From: Candidatus Wukongarchaeum yapensis | GTDB taxonomy: Archaea; Asgardarchaeota; Wukongarchaeia; Wukongarchaeales; Wukongarchaeaceae | Assembly: GCA_016840425.1 (NCBI GenBank) | Contig: JAEOSI010000105.1 | Location: 1 to 7,656 of the forward strand | Direction: 5' to 3' | Length of the DNA: 7,656 nucleotides | Shown: positions 5,334-7,656 of the stretch, in pieces | Layout of the letters: every line of letters starts with the position of its first letter | Numbering within the stretch: position 1 is the stretch's first letter | Translations under genes and position numbers: made by a program | The notes under the pieces: model-generated | What the model was told of the DNA's origin: nothing | The model's input: only the letters and a program-made list of their open reading frames with translations | The model's database searches: none

Positions 5334-6341
5334 ATGCCTAGAAGACACGCCCCTCGCCGCGGATCACTAGGATACAGCCCCCGTAAAAGGGCAAAATCTC
5401 CCAGAGCATGCATAAGAAACTGGCCCGAATATGAAGGTGAAGAACCTACACTCCTAGGATTTATGGGTTATAAAGCCGGAATGACCCACGTCTTCGTCCA
5501 AGAAGAACGAGATTACTCGCCTTGGTCAGGTCAAGAAATCATGAGAGCCGCTACAATAATCGATTTACCCCCCGTCGTCGTCGCAGGAATCAGAGGCTAT
5601 AAGCTCACGAGTTACGGCTTTGAATCTTTAGGCGAATGTTGGGCTAGCGACTTTAACCCTGATTTAAACCGCCTCTTAACATTACCAAAAGAAACTGACG
5701 CTGAAAAATCCTTAAAACAGTTTGAAGAAAATGTTCTCTCCAAAGTAGACGTTTTAAGGGCATTTGCCCACACACAACCACGTTTAGTCGGGGGAGTTCC
5801 TCAGAAAAAACCAGATCTTTCAGAAATCGCTCTAGGCTACAGCTCTATCGAAGAAGGTTTTGAATTCGCAAAAGAACTCTTAGGAAAAGAAGTTCATGCA
5901 AGAGACGTTTTTAAAGAAGGCCAGCAAATCGACGTGTTAGGCGTCACAAAAGGTAAAGGTTTCCAGGGTCCTGTAAAAAGATGGGGAATAAAAAAACTAC
6001 AACACAAATCTAGAAAAGCCGTGAGGGCTGTAGGCTGTATAGGTCCTTGGACCCCCACCAGGGTCATGTGGACCGTTCCCCGCGCCGGCCAAATGGGATT
6101 CCACCAACGAACCGAATACAACAAAGTGATTCTAAAACTTGGGGAAAAAGGAGAAGAAATCACTCCTCTCGGCGGCTTCGTCCGATACGGCTTAATAAAA
6201 GGCGAATACATGATGGTTGATGGAAGTATTCCCTGTCCCCCTAGGCGACTTGTATTCATAAGATACGCCATAAGACCAAAAAATATCGAAACAAAACCTA
6301 ACATCACCTATATTTCCGTCGAAAGCAAACAAGGCGATTAA
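5334..6341 (+). CDS. rpl3: 50S ribosomal protein L3 (uL3), archaeal type, 335 aa
   Basis: MPRRHAPRRGSLGYSPRKRA, GYKAGMTH, VTKGKGFQGPVKRWG and PRAGQMGFHQRTEYNK motifs. Confidence 0.98.
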   Translation: MPRRHAPRRGSLGYSPRKRAKSPRACIRNWPEYEGEEPTLLGFMGYKAGMTHVFVQEERDYSPWSGQEIMRAATIIDLPPVVVAGIRGYKLTSYGFESLGECWASDFNPDLNRLLTLPKETDAEKSLKQFEENVLSKVDVLRAFAHTQPRLVGGVPQKKPDLSEIALGYSSIEEGFEFAKELLGKEVHARDVFKEGQQIDVLGVTKGKGFQGPVKRWGIKKLQHKSRKAVRAVGCIGPWTPTRVMWTVPRAGQMGFHQRTEYNKVILKLGEKGEEITPLGGFVRYGLIKGEYMMVDGSIPCPPRRLVFIRYAIRPKNIETKPNITYISVESKQGD

Positions 6342-6385
6342 TTGTCAAAAAACAAAACCAAATACTATAACGTGAGGTTCTCTTT

Positions 6386-7186
6386 ATGAGTAGAAAAGTA
6401 GTGGATGTTTATAATCTAGACGGCGAACCTGAAGACGAAAAAATCACCCTCCCCCCCATATTTGACACCCCAATACGCTTCGACGTCATAAAAAGAGCAG
6501 TACTCGCCACCGCTTCCGCCAAACGCCAACCGTACGGAACAGATCCTTACGCTGGAAAAAGAACCACCGCAGAAAGCTGGGGCGTAGGTCGCGCCGTCGC
6601 AAGAGTACCCAGAGTAAAAGGAAGAGGTTATGCTGCAGCAAGTATGGGAGCCTTTGCCCCCATGACCGTGGGAGGAAGACGCACGCACCCCTCCACAGCC
6701 GAAAAAAAATGGAAACAGAAAATAAACAAAAAAGAAAAAAGACTAGCCATAAGATCCGCCACAGCCGCCACCAGCCTACTAAAACTAGTACAAAGCAGAG
6801 GCCACGCAATAGAAGAAGTACCCCAAATACCCCTAATAGTCACAGAAGAAATAGAAACCCTAGAAAAAACCAAAGAAGTGATCGAATTCTTCGAAAAAAT
6901 AGGAGTTATAAAAGACATAGAAAGAGTCAAAAAAAGAAAAAAAGTCCGCGCCGGAAAAGGAAAAAGAAGGGGAAGAAAATACAAACAAGCCAAAGGCCCC
7001 CTAATCGTCGTATCAGAAGACCAAGGCATATTCAAAGCAGCCAACAACATACCCGGCATAGACATATGCAATGTAAAAAACCTAAACGCAGAACTCCTAG
7101 CCCCAGGAACACACCCAGGAAGACTAACAATATGGTCAAAATCCGCAATCAAAACCCTCGAAACAGAAAACCTATTCCAACAATAA
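6386..7186 (+). CDS. rpl4: 50S ribosomal protein L4 (uL4), archaeal type, 266 aa
   Basis: AESWGVGRAVARVPR, KINKKEKRLAIRSA, RAGKGK.RGRKY and LAPGTHPGRLTIWS motifs. GAGGT SD at 6374-6378. Confidence 0.98.
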   Translation: MSRKVVDVYNLDGEPEDEKITLPPIFDTPIRFDVIKRAVLATASAKRQPYGTDPYAGKRTTAESWGVGRAVARVPRVKGRGYAAASMGAFAPMTVGGRRTHPSTAEKKWKQKINKKEKRLAIRSATAATSLLKLVQSRGHAIEEVPQIPLIVTEEIETLEKTKEVIEFFEKIGVIKDIERVKKRKKVRAGKGKRRGRKYKQAKGPLIVVSEDQGIFKAANNIPGIDICNVKNLNAELLAPGTHPGRLTIWSKSAIKTLETENLFQQ

Positions 7187-7214
7187 AAACAACCAAAAAG
7201 GGAGTAGAAAACCG

Positions 7215-7481
7215 ATGGATTTAGATCCCCACCAAATAGTTCTAAAACCCCTCACAACAGAAAAAGTCTTCACCCAAATGGAAGAAGAAAACACCCTAGC
7301 CTTCATAGTAAGCCCAAAAGCAAACAAAAGCCAAATCAAATGGGCTATTGAAAAACTTTTTGAAGTAAAAGTAGAAAAAGTACGCACACTCATAACAACC
7401 AAAAACGAAAAAAAAGCTTATGTAAAGTTAGCAGAAGGATATTTAGCCTCAGACCTCGCAACAGACCTAGGCCTATTCTAA
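7215..7481 (+). CDS. rpl23: 50S ribosomal protein L23 (uL23), 88 aa
   Basis: P.TTEK, ENTLAFIV...ANK.QIK.A.EKLFEVKV.KV.TLIT and KKAYVKL motifs. GGGAG SD at 7200-7204. Canonical position after rpl4. Confidence 0.97.
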   Translation: MDLDPHQIVLKPLTTEKVFTQMEEENTLAFIVSPKANKSQIKWAIEKLFEVKVEKVRTLITTKNEKKAYVKLAEGYLASDLATDLGLF

Positions 7482-7531
7482 AACCTTCCAAAAACATTAC
7501 TCTTCCAACCCGTCTTAAGGAGACATAACAA

Positions 7532-7656
7532 ATGGGAAAAAGAATATTAGCTCAAAGACGCGGACGTGGCAGCCCCTCATTCCGAGCATCCAGTCACGGG
7601 CGTAAAAGTCCCGCTAAATACATATTCTTCGGAGAAAAAGAAACCAAAGAAACAAT
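7532..7656 (+). CDS. rpl2: 50S ribosomal protein L2 (uL2), 3'-partial
   Basis: ATG 7532 gives MGKRILAQRRGRGSPSFRASSHGRKSPAKY..., the archaeal uL2 N-terminus. AAGGAG SD at 7517-7522. Not in the ORF track. Confidence 0.95.
   Translation, partial: MGKRILAQRRGRGSPSFRASSHGRKSPAKYIFFGEKETKET

Noticed and set aside
5894-7402. ORFs 5894..6307, 6416..6688, 6486..6809, 6628..7152, 7172..7402 (-) and 6709..7224 (+)
   Set aside because: Shadows of rpl3, rpl4 and rpl23. Scarcity of third-position T removes stops from the shifted frame, and the products are low-complexity. There is no evidence for overprinted genes.
1-7656. tRNA, rRNA, CRISPR array, IS element, intein, or Sec/Pyl recoding
   Set aside because: No cloverleaf, spaced repeat array, terminal inverted repeats, transposase or intein motif was seen. 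All intergenic gaps are 230 nt or shorter and all recognised genes are intact and of normal length.

Overview
Archaeal core-genome window. Sequence features suggest a TACK/Asgard-like lineage, but this is inference. Gene order: 3' end of gatB (+, missed by the ORF track); an unannotated 276-aa protein whose C-terminal half resembles the LURP-one/Tubby-C/scramblase beta-barrel family (-); a single-repeat ZPR1 zinc-finger protein (+); a TIGR00341/DUF389 membrane protein (-); gatA and gatC (-); then, divergently, the ribosomal protein operon rpl3-rpl4-rpl23-rpl2 (+, rpl2 partial and missed by the ORF track). I found no RNA genes, mobile elements or CRISPR arrays, and no complete novel multi-gene system that I can support. 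The best leads are: (i) the Tubby/LURP-like protein, divergently paired with ZPR1 inside a split gatB / gatCA locus; (ii) patchy, sometimes extreme A+C versus G+T skew at synonymous sites, which is independent of gene orientation and flips polarity inside the DUF389 gene; (iii) a perfect 15-bp tandem repeat within the gatC/rpl3 divergent promoter region. All counts were done by hand.
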